Shown: positions 63,806 to 64,000 of the stretch, piece by piece
How the letters are laid out: each line of letters begins with the position of its first letter
How positions within the stretch are numbered: position 1 is the stretch's first letter
Source: Octopus sinensis
Taxonomy: Eukaryota
Reading direction: 5' to 3'
Assembly (NCBI RefSeq): GCF_006345805.1
Contig: NC_043005.1
Span: forward strand, 14,818,001-14,882,000
Length of the DNA: 64,000 nucleotides
Position numbers and translations under genes: made by a program
The notes under the pieces: generated by a model
Databases searched by the model: none
What the model was told of the DNA's origin: nothing
Seen by the model: only the letters and a program-made list of their open reading frames with translations

Positions 63806-64000
63806 GTAACAAACAAACAATTTAATCCCTAGCAATATCTGTTTTATCATAAAGCTTTTAACTTTTTTTAAAAAAACAGGTGATACATGCATAACTCTAA
63901 GCATTCTAATTGCAAGCTTTGGTTTAAATAATGATAATGAAATTATTGTATACAGTGCTCAGGTGCACCACAACTTGTCAGAGTATATGCAGTAATGTAA

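Overview
AT-rich, repeat-dense eukaryotic DNA; the gene structure and SINE repertoire suggest a cephalopod such as Octopus (inference). Three spliced genes can be rebuilt from GT-AG junctions with consistent phase. (1) The 3' 17 coding exons of a USP37-like deubiquitinase (+, 138-41209; Cys box, QDAHE, two UIMs, His box). (2) A complete 5-exon METTL23 (-, 45418-60103, 227 aa). (3) The first two exons of SIRT7 (+, from 60400), head-to-head with METTL23 across about 300 bp. The dominant feature is a 12.6-kb array of 112 tandem 111/114-bp units (3841-16467) in a USP37 intron. It is the amplified tRNA-like head of one SINE whose body is still attached at the 3' end; the very long repetitive ORFs in the ORF track come from this array. 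The rest of the window holds several SINE families, RTE-type LINE fragments, two decayed Tc1/mariner-type transposases, MITEs, non-autonomous Helitrons, near-perfect hairpins and microsatellites. Best leads: the SINE-head array, a Ser(AGT) in place of Gly in the METTL23 SAM-binding motif that A-to-I editing would repair, the METTL23/SIRT7 divergent pair, and a tRNA-headed SINE whose tail carries a hammerhead-like core. There is no CRISPR array or prokaryotic system here.
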